From NCBI GenBank assembly GCA_035482455.1, contig DATHQS010000357.1, forward strand, positions 28,654-92,653: a stretch of DNA of 64,000 bases. Direction: 5' to 3'. The translations under genes were made by a program, and so were the position numbers. Positions within the stretch are counted from its first letter, which is position 1. The number at the start of each line of letters is the position of its first letter. The notes beneath the pieces were generated by a model. That model was not told where the DNA came from. It searched no databases and saw nothing but the letters and a program-made list of their open reading frames with translations. Origin of the DNA: Candidatus Acidiferrales bacterium (GTDB taxonomy: Bacteria; Verrucomicrobiota; Verrucomicrobiia; Limisphaerales; UBA11358). Positions 37,651-46,109 of the stretch are shown here, piece after piece.

Positions 37651-38631
37651 ATGCGCTATTGGTGGGTCAATCATAAGCAGACCTTCAAACACGAATTCGA
37701 AGGTCATTATATTTGGTCGCCCAAACGCAAGCGCGACGGCACCCGCAACCGTTTTTACGATTTTCTCAGGGAGGTCACTCCAGGTGATGTTGTTTTTTCC
37801 TACGCTTCCGGCGAGATTCGTGGCGCTGGCTTCGCCAAATCCTGCTGTTACACCTGCCCGCGCCCGGCTGAATTTGGCCATATCGGCGAGGCTTGGGACG
37901 TCGTCGGGTGGCGGGTCGATGTCGAGTTTCATCCTTTTACCAACCGCCCCCGTCCGAAGCAGCATCTGTCCCTGCTTCGTCCGTTATTGGAACGCGAAAA
38001 ATATTCCCCGTTGCAACTGACTGGCGACGGACTGCAACACATCTACCTCACCTCAATTTCGGAAACCGTTGCCCAGGTCATCCTTGGTTTGGCCGGTCCC
38101 GAAGCTCGCGTGTTCGATGGCTCCATGTTGAATGATGCTGCCGCTCCCTTGACGGAGCGTGAACTCACCGGCCAGCAGGAGTGGGAGGATATCGAGCAGC
38201 GTCGTATCATCGACGCTGAAATTCCCAACACCACGCGCCAATCGCTGATTAAGGCTCGTATCGGGCAGGGGCTGTTCAAAGAACGCGTCACCCGCATTGA
38301 ACGTTCCTGCCGGATTACCTTCGTGGACAATCCCGCCCACTTAATCGGCAGTCACATCAAACCTTGGCGTGAATCCACGAATGAAGAACGCCTTGCAGGC
38401 AGTAACGGGTTGCTGCTCACGCCCACGGCTGACCATCTTTTTGACCGGGGCTTTATCAGCTTCGAAGATAGCGGCGAAGTATTAATTTCCCCGGTTGCGG
38501 ATGTCACCTCTCTGAAACGGATGGGGCTTGATCCTCAACGCCCGCCTCGGCCGCAGGCTTTTAATACCGATCAGAAATATTTCCTCAACCATCATCGTCG
38601 GGAAATATTTCTCGCCGCCGCCAACTCCTGA
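37651..38631 (+). CDS. PUA/EVE-like N-terminal domain fused to an HNH_2-type nuclease (type IV, modification-dependent restriction enzyme candidate)
   Basis: N-terminus MRYWWVNHKQTFKHEFEGHYIWSPKRKRDGTRNRFYDFLREVTPGDVVFSY. C-terminus CRITFVDNPAHLIGSHIKPWRESTNEERLAGSNGLLLTPTADHLFDRGFISF (HNH_2 pattern). Confidence 0.65.
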   Translation: MRYWWVNHKQTFKHEFEGHYIWSPKRKRDGTRNRFYDFLREVTPGDVVFSYASGEIRGAGFAKSCCYTCPRPAEFGHIGEAWDVVGWRVDVEFHPFTNRPRPKQHLSLLRPLLEREKYSPLQLTGDGLQHIYLTSISETVAQVILGLAGPEARVFDGSMLNDAAAPLTERELTGQQEWEDIEQRRIIDAEIPNTTRQSLIKARIGQGLFKERVTRIERSCRITFVDNPAHLIGSHIKPWRESTNEERLAGSNGLLLTPTADHLFDRGFISFEDSGEVLISPVADVTSLKRMGLDPQRPPRPQAFNTDQKYFLNHHRREIFLAAANS

Positions 38632-38648
38632 TTCTGGCCTTGGATTCT

Positions 38649-39524
38649 TCACAACGATTCCGCCATGGCGATGGTTTCAAACTCCGAACAGATTTCCGGA
38701 TGGTTGGCGTTCAGATACCGGACGACCTTCCCGTTCTTGAGCAGGTTTTTGACATAGGTTTGCGCCGTTTGCAGGGTGAACATGTTTTCCGTGTAGGTAT
38801 CCGTGACGGCTTTTAATTCCCGTTCCAGCGATTCCATTTCACTTTCCATCCGGGCGATGTCCTCCGCCGACATGCCGGCTTTTCGCTTCGGCTCATCCGG
38901 GTTCACTAACTGATGCTTGGGCGTGCCCAGGACCATGGCCTCGGCGTAGCCGACAACGTAGTTGTTCATCGCGACCATCATTTCCGCCATTTCAATCTGC
39001 CGGTTTCCATTCACGCTCTTGAACAGCCTCAGGGCTTTCGGACAGATGTTTTTGTCTTTCAATAATTCGGCCGCGTCCGGATGAATCCCTTTGAGCAGGT
39101 TGATGGAGGCTTGCACCACCCGCAGCGGCATGTTCAAAACCACGGCCAGCCGCTCCGGGCTGACGCCGTTGTTCACAGCTTTGACGATCATCTTGTGCTC
39201 CTGGATCGGCGGCAACCGGCTAATGCGGGCGTTGTAGGTGTAGCACTCGTCATCCGTGGCGATGATGCAGTCGGCTTCGGTTTTGCCCAAATCTTTCAGG
39301 GCAAAATAACGGAGGTGCCCGTTTTTCAGCATATACTTTCCCGGCGCATCTTTTTGCGGATAGACCACCAACGGTTCCACCAGACCCATGTCTGGAATGG
39401 AGCCAAGAATCGCCTTGAACCGATAGGTCTCCTTATCCACCTCTTTAACTAGGCGCATTGGTAGGATGTCATCCAGCGGCAACTGGATTTTCCGCAGTTC
39501 AAAGGCAATTTTCGGTTCACTCAT
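38649..39524 (-). CDS. ParB/Srx N-terminal-domain protein (ParB-like 1)
   Basis: GLVEPLVVYPQKDAPGKYMLKNGHLRYFALKDLG (ParB box with GxxR). The start overlaps the upstream gene's stop (ATGA at 39521-39524). Confidence 0.75.
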   Translation of the reverse strand: MSEPKIAFELRKIQLPLDDILPMRLVKEVDKETYRFKAILGSIPDMGLVEPLVVYPQKDAPGKYMLKNGHLRYFALKDLGKTEADCIIATDDECYTYNARISRLPPIQEHKMIVKAVNNGVSPERLAVVLNMPLRVVQASINLLKGIHPDAAELLKDKNICPKALRLFKSVNGNRQIEMAEMMVAMNNYVVGYAEAMVLGTPKHQLVNPDEPKRKAGMSAEDIARMESEMESLERELKAVTDTYTENMFTLQTAQTYVKNLLKNGKVVRYLNANHPEICSEFETIAMAESL

Positions 39525-40408
39525 GCTGTTTGTTTGATTTGGGGTGAAAGTTTGACCGACAAATATTTTGGCATCGTCGCCAGGCCTTCGGCTCGTAACA
39601 GCGTGCCGAAATTTTCATCCGCCAGCAGCTTGTTGAAGCCCGTCACAATAAAACCCAGCTTGGCATCACACACCTTCGCCTTTTTGATCATCAACTTCTG
39701 TCGCTGGCTCTCCTTGCGGTACGAATTGACCATGCTTTCCATGCTGGTCTTGGGTTTGGCGTCGGATGACTTGCCGCCACGCTGCTTGCCAATCAGTCGC
39801 CGGCTCTCGATTAGCCCTTTGACGTATTTCAGGGATTTGTAGTCGAGCTGCTTTTCCTCGTAGGCTTTCAGCAGTTCGCGCTGGGTCTCCAGCGTGTCGG
39901 TCTTGGCAATGTCCACCGCGATCCACAGGGGAATCTTTCCGGTGACGGCGGCCTCCAGCAACCGCTCCTCGCCCGCGTTGCTCAGGCTCGAATAGGCCCG
40001 GACCAGGCTGTCGCTCACGTCCAACTTTTCGCTGATTTCTTTGATTGTATTGCCCAAAGCCTGCAACCGTTCGATTTCCCGGATCAAATCCATTGGCTTT
40101 GGATAACGCCGGGCGATGTTTTCCACGAGGCTGCGGACCAGCAGTTCCTGCTTTGTAATTTCCGAAACAATGGCCGGTATTTCTTTATGCCCGAGCGCCC
40201 GGAAGGCTTCCATCCGTCCCTGTCCGCAAATTAAATCATATCCGGCCACTTCATGCTCGCTCGCGTGGCGGCGGCTGACTTGAATCGGCATTTTCAGGCC
40301 AACATTTCTGATGCTCTTGATGATGATCTCAAACTTTTTCGGGTCTCGATGACGTGGATTGACCACGCGGATTTTCTCAATGCGTATCAATTCGATTACC
40401 TCACTCAT
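39521..40408 (-). CDS. ParB/Srx N-terminal-domain protein (ParB-like 2) with HTH
   Basis: IRVVNPRHRDPKKFEIIIKSIRNVGLKMPIQV...YDLICGQGRMEAFRALGHKEIPAIV. The preferred ATG at 40408 overlaps the recombinase stop (ATGA at 40405-40408). Confidence 0.75.
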   Translation of the reverse strand: MSEVIELIRIEKIRVVNPRHRDPKKFEIIIKSIRNVGLKMPIQVSRRHASEHEVAGYDLICGQGRMEAFRALGHKEIPAIVSEITKQELLVRSLVENIARRYPKPMDLIREIERLQALGNTIKEISEKLDVSDSLVRAYSSLSNAGEERLLEAAVTGKIPLWIAVDIAKTDTLETQRELLKAYEEKQLDYKSLKYVKGLIESRRLIGKQRGGKSSDAKPKTSMESMVNSYRKESQRQKLMIKKAKVCDAKLGFIVTGFNKLLADENFGTLLRAEGLATMPKYLSVKLSPQIKQTA

Positions 40409-41952
40409 GCGAGTTCCTCCAGCTTCACGCGTTCCGCCATGCCGAAGAAACAATCCAATGTGTCAAACCGGTAGGTATCCAGACAAATGCCGTTGGCCTC
40501 CGCCACCCGGAGGTTTTCCCAGGTCATATCCAGCCCCGGCAGCACATAGTAATCGCGGATGCCCTCATTCGCGGCATCCATCCGCACGGCAATGGTGACG
40601 TCGGGTCGGGCGCTGGCATCCAGCCGGATAAGCCAGCGCGACGAACCAGTGCCCGTTTCCGTATGCCGGCACAGCACGATCGACACGCGCATTTCACCGT
40701 TTAGCTCCAGCAATTCAGTTGCGTCGTTCCAGACAGCTTGCGCTCCCAGGTCAGAAATCTTCTGGACCACTTCGGCCACCAACTCCGGGTGACGTTTCCG
40801 CAGCCGCCGGTTTTCTTCGATGAAGCTGAAATCAATCCCGGGGTCGTAGCCGATAAGTTTGTAAGCGCTGACGAGGGTTCCGAAGCGATGCCGAAACGCC
40901 GTGCTCGATGGCAGGCCTTCCGCTTCGTCTATCAGGATGCCCGAGATGCGTCCGTGTTTTAATAACACGGCACGCAGTTTTTCCAGCATCTCTTCATCGG
41001 TCAGCTTCTGGCTTCTTGCCAGGATGATTTCATGTGCCCGCCAGAACAGGTCCGGCTCCACGACGCCCTCAAAAGCGCCATCCGCCCGGATCCATTTGTC
41101 CGGCGGGTTGTTCACGTGCTTTTTCTTCAACTTGCACGAGGTCCGGTGATACACGTTGTTGCCGATGTATTTCTCATTGGTCAGGATTTGATGCACCGTT
41201 CCCCGGTTCCATTCCCGCCCAAAATCAGTCTTCACGCCCTGCCCATTGAGGATGGTTGCGATCTCGGATTCCATCTTCCCTTCATTGATAAATGACTCGA
41301 AAATCCACCGGACGATGATTGTTTCTTCTTCCGGCCCACGCACCAACACCACGCGGTCGGTCTGGATGCTTTTTTGTTCACCCATCTTGAGCGTCGCCTT
41401 CCGTTCTCCGCTCTGGTCGATCAGCATCCGGCGCAAGCCGAACCCCGCCGTCCCGCCTTGCTTGTAACCGAGTTGGATCAACCGGCACGCGCCTTGAAAC
41501 ACCTTTGAGGACAGCTCACGGCTGTATTCGCCCGCCATGGCCCGCTTCACGCCCTTGACGATGGTGGACACCGGACTGCCGTCATTCTCAAATTGCTCCG
41601 CACAGTAGTGGACCGAAACGCCCGCCCGGCGGCAGATGTATTCGTAATAAGCGCTTTCATCGGCATCCTGAAACCTACCCCACCGGCTCACGTCATAGAC
41701 GAGGATGTTGGCAAACTCCGCTCGTCCTTCCTGGACATCTCGCAGTATTTGCGCCAGCGAGTCGCGACCTTGTATGTTTAGCCCGCTTTTGCCCTCGTCC
41801 GAATATTCCTTCACAATATTCAACTCGCGCCGCTTGGCGTATTCGCGGATCACGTCCATCTGGTTGCTGGTTGAATACTGCTGATGCTCCGTGGACATGC
41901 GCACATACACGGCGGTGCAGTTCGTCCATCGCTCTTGATTGGCCCGGCTCAT
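40405..41952 (-). CDS. large serine recombinase (resolvase/invertase N-domain plus recombinase domain)
   Basis: AVYVRMSTEHQQYSTSNQ (catalytic Ser block), ILVYDVSRWGRF, GVKRAMAGEYSRELSSKV, then a large C-terminal extension. Confidence 0.9.
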   Translation of the reverse strand: MSRANQERWTNCTAVYVRMSTEHQQYSTSNQMDVIREYAKRRELNIVKEYSDEGKSGLNIQGRDSLAQILRDVQEGRAEFANILVYDVSRWGRFQDADESAYYEYICRRAGVSVHYCAEQFENDGSPVSTIVKGVKRAMAGEYSRELSSKVFQGACRLIQLGYKQGGTAGFGLRRMLIDQSGERKATLKMGEQKSIQTDRVVLVRGPEEETIIVRWIFESFINEGKMESEIATILNGQGVKTDFGREWNRGTVHQILTNEKYIGNNVYHRTSCKLKKKHVNNPPDKWIRADGAFEGVVEPDLFWRAHEIILARSQKLTDEEMLEKLRAVLLKHGRISGILIDEAEGLPSSTAFRHRFGTLVSAYKLIGYDPGIDFSFIEENRRLRKRHPELVAEVVQKISDLGAQAVWNDATELLELNGEMRVSIVLCRHTETGTGSSRWLIRLDASARPDVTIAVRMDAANEGIRDYYVLPGLDMTWENLRVAEANGICLDTYRFDTLDCFFGMAERVKLEELA

Positions 41953-42068
41953 GTCATTTGTTTCGGTATTGTTTCAAGTTTTTGTGAAGCCTCCGGCCCA
42001 AAGCCGGCAGGCATTTTCATGATGGCAGAAGTGCGCGAGCGGTAACGATGAAATCTTTGTAGCGCAAT

Positions 42069-42341
42069 TTAGCATCGGCGGAATAAGGGGAATGTGCGTT
42101 TCCAATAGTAGGGATTGGCCTTGCGCCATATCCGGACTCGCTCCACCTCACCTGGTCCGCCCCCCAGTTTCCGATTCCCAGGTTTTGCCAGCCATTGCTT
42201 CTGGCTCAAAATCTTGCTGGCCTTGCGACAACGTGCCCGCGTGCAGAACCGTTGGTGGTGATGATTACGCGGATCGGTGGTGAACAAATGTTTGCAAGAT
42301 AAACATCTGCGACTGCTGCCGTTGCGGTGTGTGTGTTTCAT
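42069..42341 (-). CDS. small Cys/His-rich zinc-ribbon-like basic protein
   Basis: MKHTHRNGSSRRCLSCKHLFTTDPRNHHHQRFCTRARCRKASKILSQKQWLAKPGNRK... has a CxxC...C..C pattern. I prefer the internal ATG at 42341 over the track start at 42497. Confidence 0.45.
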   Translation of the reverse strand: MKHTHRNGSSRRCLSCKHLFTTDPRNHHHQRFCTRARCRKASKILSQKQWLAKPGNRKLGGGPGEVERVRIWRKANPYYWKRTFPLFRRC

Positions 42342-42490
42342 ATTACACACCACCGCGCGTCTCAACGCGACGAACCGGCAGGGGAAATGGCTCTCAACCG
42401 CAGGAAGATTTTTGCAGCCGCGCCGGGCGCGGCTCAAATTACGCCCCATTGGGCCGTTCTGGTCAATGATGAATTGCGCCCTAATAGGGC

Positions 42491-42715
42491 GTGCCACGGG
42501 ACGCCAAAATTCACGCTCAACTGAAGAAATTCGGCGCGAGTATCCGTCGCGAACGGACCGCCAAGGGCATTACACAGGAGAAACTTGCCGAACTGGTTGA
42601 TTTGAACATCCGGTCGGTGCAGAAAATCGAAGCCGGACAAATTAACGTTCTAGTGACAACGACGATGCGGATTCAGAACGCGTTGGACTGTCCTTGGGGC
42701 AAGTTGATGTCATGA
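42491..42715 (+). CDS. XRE-family HTH transcriptional regulator
   Basis: LKKFGASIRRERTAKGITQEKLAELVDLNIRSVQKIEAGQ. GTG start. Confidence 0.8.
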   Translation: MPRDAKIHAQLKKFGASIRRERTAKGITQEKLAELVDLNIRSVQKIEAGQINVLVTTTMRIQNALDCPWGKLMS

Positions 42716-42948
42716 GCAAAGTTTGGCTGTTTGCATTTGCATACCGAGCGTGCCTCGTGCCTCCATTATATGGCTCGCTCACGCCGTCAATGTAGTGCGC
42801 CCTGTCGCCCGTCGCCTCCACATTGACTGCGTTCGCTTCGCCAAGGGATGGCACTTAGGATTCACGCTCGGAGTCTGCATGTCTGGTTTTGAGAAATGGA
42901 TGGCGTAATGCTGCACCAGCAATTGCGGAAGTGGAAAGTCGGTCAAAT

Positions 42949-44100
42949 TTATTCGGCTGGCTTCAAGCGTGCTGGTTCTTCAAGAATGTCGAGCAATGCC
43001 TTGGCACAATAAACCCGGTCGCGTTTCGCATCACCCGATTGCTTTACAATTCCAAGTCGTTCCAGCCGCTCAATGGCGCGTTGCGCTGTGGTAAAAGCCA
43101 CACCGAGTTTTTCAGCCGCGCCTTTGGCGGTGATGAAAGGATTCGCGGCCAGGAGTTCCACCACGCGCAGTGGTGCATTCGTCGAATCACCGGCAACTTT
43201 CTTTTGCCATTCAATCAGCTTGCTATTGATGCGCGCCGCCCGGCTCAGCGCATCTTCGGACATCCGGGCCACGCCTTGCAAAAAGTATTCAAGCCATTCA
43301 TTCCACTCGCCACGTTCGCTGACGCCACGCAGCCCGTCATAATAATCCCGGCGCGCGGCTTCAAAAAATGCGGACAGATATAGCAGCGGTGTCGGCAAAA
43401 TCTCTCGCTCAATCAAGAATAAGGTAATCAGCAAACGGCCGACGCGCCCGTTGCCGTCCAAAAAAGGGTGAATTGCCTCGAACTGGTAATGCGCCAGCGC
43501 AATCGTGACCAGCGGCGGCAGGTCTGATTCATGCAGAAACTTTTCCCAGGCCGCCAGGCACGTTTCAACATCATCAGGCGGTGGCGGGATGAACGACGCG
43601 GTTGCCAGCGTGCTACCGGGCTTGCCGATCCAGTTCTGAATTTTGCGAAAGCGTCCCGGCGAAGCTTGTTGCCCCCGCACATCGGTCATGAGTTTCTCGT
43701 GCAATTCGCGGATGATGCGGACACAAAGCGGAAGTTCCTTGAGACGGACAATGCCATGTTCAAGTGCCACGACATAATTGCCAACCTCCCGCAGGTCATC
43801 GGGGCTGCGATCCACGGCTACACCGGCCTCCGCCGCCAGCAATTCGCCCAATGTCGCTTGCGTGCCCTCAATCTTGCTGGACAGCACGGCCTCGCGTTGC
43901 AGAAACGGACGCATCAATATGTGCGGATTGGGCAGGCGCCCGCCTTCGCCGGCCAATTTGCCGATTAAACGGTCGGCGTCTGACAGCACGCGGATCAACC
44001 GGGGCGTCCAATCGAGCTTCGGCGGCAGAGGCGCAGGCATAAAGGCCGCGTAGGTGCCTTGCGGCACTTTCTTGCCCGGAATGTTTGATTTGCTGGCCAT
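42949..44100 (-). CDS. Fic/DOC family protein (AMPylase-type) with N-terminal Fic_N and C-terminal wHTH
   Basis: Fic motif HPFLDGNGRVGR (about 43440-43478) and an inhibitory-helix-like SSKIEGT ([ST]xxxE[GN]) in the N-terminal region. Confidence 0.9.
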   Translation of the reverse strand: MASKSNIPGKKVPQGTYAAFMPAPLPPKLDWTPRLIRVLSDADRLIGKLAGEGGRLPNPHILMRPFLQREAVLSSKIEGTQATLGELLAAEAGVAVDRSPDDLREVGNYVVALEHGIVRLKELPLCVRIIRELHEKLMTDVRGQQASPGRFRKIQNWIGKPGSTLATASFIPPPPDDVETCLAAWEKFLHESDLPPLVTIALAHYQFEAIHPFLDGNGRVGRLLITLFLIEREILPTPLLYLSAFFEAARRDYYDGLRGVSERGEWNEWLEYFLQGVARMSEDALSRAARINSKLIEWQKKVAGDSTNAPLRVVELLAANPFITAKGAAEKLGVAFTTAQRAIERLERLGIVKQSGDAKRDRVYCAKALLDILEEPARLKPAE

Positions 44101-44198
44101 CGGTTACTTTCGATAATGAAAATACCACACGCCGTTATTTTCACAAAAGCTAAAAAACGATAATAGCGCACTTTGCTATTTTCGCAGTTGAAACCGTG

Positions 44199-45233
44199 TT
44201 AAGCCGCAAATTGAACCGCGTCCCGCCATTGCGCCACGTCCTCGACCTTCTCACGCTGGTAGATTTGATGAATCAATTCCGAGGCGTGATTGACCAGACG
44301 CATGGCCGCTTCACGCGGCACGCCCGCGCGACGCAACCGATTGACGTAGGTAACGCGCAGGCAATGGAATGTCAGATGCGTTTTCTTGATCTTGATGAAA
44401 AATTGCTGCCACCGCCGCGACGGTTGAAATGGGAATTCGACGGTAAATTTTTGTTTCGATTTGCGGATGCGTTCCAACAGCGGACGCAAAGCCGTCGGCA
44501 TCGGCACGGAGAACGCCCGATCTTCGCCGCCCTTGGGCGATGGGAACGTGATTTTATTTTCCACAAAATCAATGCAGTTGACCGGAATCCGCGTTTCACG
44601 CAACCGGCAACCGGTGTGCAGGGAAATATCAAAAGCCGTCTGCATCCATTCCGGTTCATCTTTCAACGCGGCCCGAATCTCGCTGATCTCGGCATCGGTC
44701 AATTCCGGCTTTTTAGCCGCCTTGTCCCGTTTCAATTTCATGCTCATCAGTGGATTGGCGTCGGCATGGCCAAGTCGCACCGCTTCACCCATGATCAGGG
44801 CAAATGTTTTTATTTCAAAAATCGCCGTGTTGCGACCAACAGTTTTGCCGGTTTTTTTCTTGTAGCTCGTGCGCCAGTCCAGATATTCAAGGGTGTTGCG
44901 GTAGGTGATGGCACGAGGCGAATGGTAGTGCTTTTCTTGCAGCCAGAACGCCAGCCATTTCCACGCATCAAGGTAACGCTCCAATGTGAGCGGGCTTTCG
45001 CAGTGCCGTTCCAAGTATTGCGGCACCCAGGAATCCCAATTGCCGCCCGTGATTTCGCCGGCAGTGCGATTGAGTTCTTTGGCTTCAAGCTGCGCCCGCA
45101 GGGCGCGCGCCTTGACGGTTTCGCCGGGATTGTCCGCCCGGAAGCCGGTGGATTTGTTGCGTCGTGTGCCGTCGGCGTCAATGAATTGAACAAACCAAAA
45201 CGGCGAGTTTTGCTTTTTATAAATGGATGCCAT
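44199..45233 (-). CDS. tyrosine-type site-specific integrase
   Basis: MASIYKKQNSPFWFVQFIDADGTRRNKSTG (phage-integrase SAM-like N-terminus), C-terminal FHCLRVTYVNRLRRAGV...LVNHASELIHQIYQR (H-x-x-R ... Y). The gene lies 95 bp from attR. Confidence 0.9.
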   Translation of the reverse strand: MASIYKKQNSPFWFVQFIDADGTRRNKSTGFRADNPGETVKARALRAQLEAKELNRTAGEITGGNWDSWVPQYLERHCESPLTLERYLDAWKWLAFWLQEKHYHSPRAITYRNTLEYLDWRTSYKKKTGKTVGRNTAIFEIKTFALIMGEAVRLGHADANPLMSMKLKRDKAAKKPELTDAEISEIRAALKDEPEWMQTAFDISLHTGCRLRETRIPVNCIDFVENKITFPSPKGGEDRAFSVPMPTALRPLLERIRKSKQKFTVEFPFQPSRRWQQFFIKIKKTHLTFHCLRVTYVNRLRRAGVPREAAMRLVNHASELIHQIYQREKVEDVAQWRDAVQFAA

Positions 45234-45238
45234 AGCCA

Positions 45239-45267
45239 GTGCAGTTTGTGCAGTAAGCTTACTGCAC
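45239..45267. promoter_or_regulatory. GTGCAGT(AA) repeats, two direct plus one inverted (arm-type site candidates, right arm / int promoter region)
   Basis: gtgcagtttgtgcagtaagcttactgcac sits immediately upstream of the integrase ATG. The same 9-mer occurs at 14811-14830. Confidence 0.5.
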
Positions 45268-45327
45268 AACATCGCGAAATGCCAGCAAATAAGGCTATTC
45301 CACACCACTTTACACCACTATGCCCGT

Positions 45328-45358
45328 GACGAGGGTTCGATTCCCTTCACCCGCTCCA
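45328..45358 (+). repeat. attR: 31-bp copy of the tRNA-Gly 3' end
   Basis: Exact match to 14755..14785. No upstream tRNA body is present, so it is a remnant or duplication created by integration. Confidence 0.9.
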
Positions 45359-45680
45359 ATTTCAGAATCCCCTGAATCTGCGCGGCGAAATCGTGCAGCC
45401 ACGCAAGAACAAGCGAAACTGCGCATAACCGCGCAAAATAAACCACTTACGAGGTTTTAAACGGCCCTTGCACCCCCATTTGCACATGGCTTAAAAACAT
45501 GCGAAAAGGCCAATAAAACCGCATTGCAGTTTCGGCATAGGGGGTGCAAGGTGCAAAGGATGCGTGGTGATTTCGTGCAAACCAGTGGTGGGGGGTGCAA
45601 AGACTTTTTAGGCACGTTCAAGCGGATCAGGCCGTCCTCTTTAAGAAAGCTTTAAAGGCGTCTATAAGCCGCTAGGGGAA

Positions 45681-45709
45681 ACAAAAAACCGGCCAGGGTT
45701 GCTGGCCGG
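45681..45709 (-). terminator. rho-independent terminator for the leftward operon
   Basis: ccggccag-ggttg-ctggccgg is an 8-bp GC stem followed on the minus strand by TTTTTT. It lies 27 nt downstream of the stop at 45736. Confidence 0.65.
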
Positions 45710-45735
45710 CTGATCTGTCCGCCTGGCTGTGCGTG

Positions 45736-46098
45736 TCAGCCTTCGGGCGCTGGCGTTGCAGACAGTGGCGGCGGTGGCGGAAACACTTTCTTCAGTGCGG
45801 CTGTAACCGCAGCTAAACGGTCAGAATAGGATTCAATGGATGCCACCTTATCTAAAATCCCCTGGCGATCCGCTTCAGCAATGAATGCGGGTTTGTCGCA
45901 CAAATACCGAACCAAGGCCACTTGTGTATCGCCTTGCGATTGCATAACTGTAATCACTTCGGCAACCAGTGCACCGAAGCCTTTTAACTGGTCAAAACCA
46001 AGCCGCTGGCACTCGCCAACAGTTCTAACTTGTGTGTTCAAAAGTTCGACCATTGTTTCTAGCCGCTGGATTTTTTCGCCGTCACTTTCGTAGCTCAC
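45736..46098 (-). CDS. hypothetical protein (120 aa)
   Basis: ORF with a plausible start, co-oriented with the repressor-side operon. No recognisable motif. Confidence 0.5.
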   Translation of the reverse strand: MSYESDGEKIQRLETMVELLNTQVRTVGECQRLGFDQLKGFGALVAEVITVMQSQGDTQVALVRYLCDKPAFIAEADRQGILDKVASIESYSDRLAAVTAALKKVFPPPPPLSATPAPEG

Positions 46099-46109
46099 AA
46101 CATTCCCTT

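Larger units (their letters stand above)
14786..45358. mobile_element. ~30.6 kb tRNA-Gly-integrated genomic island (integrative mobilizable element with defence-gene cargo)
   Basis: Bounded by a 31-bp direct repeat of the tRNA 3' end. Tyrosine integrase lies at the right end, a small HTH protein and a MobF relaxase at the left end. GTGCAGTAA arm-type repeats occur inside both ends. Several segments are visibly more AT-rich than the flanks. Confidence 0.85.

Noticed and set aside
42342-42497. N-terminal 52-codon extension of the zinc-ribbon ORF (track start 42497).
   Set aside because: The extension overlaps the divergent XRE start region and has no features. The internal ATG at 42341 gives a compact Cys/His-rich protein. 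The choice of start remains uncertain.
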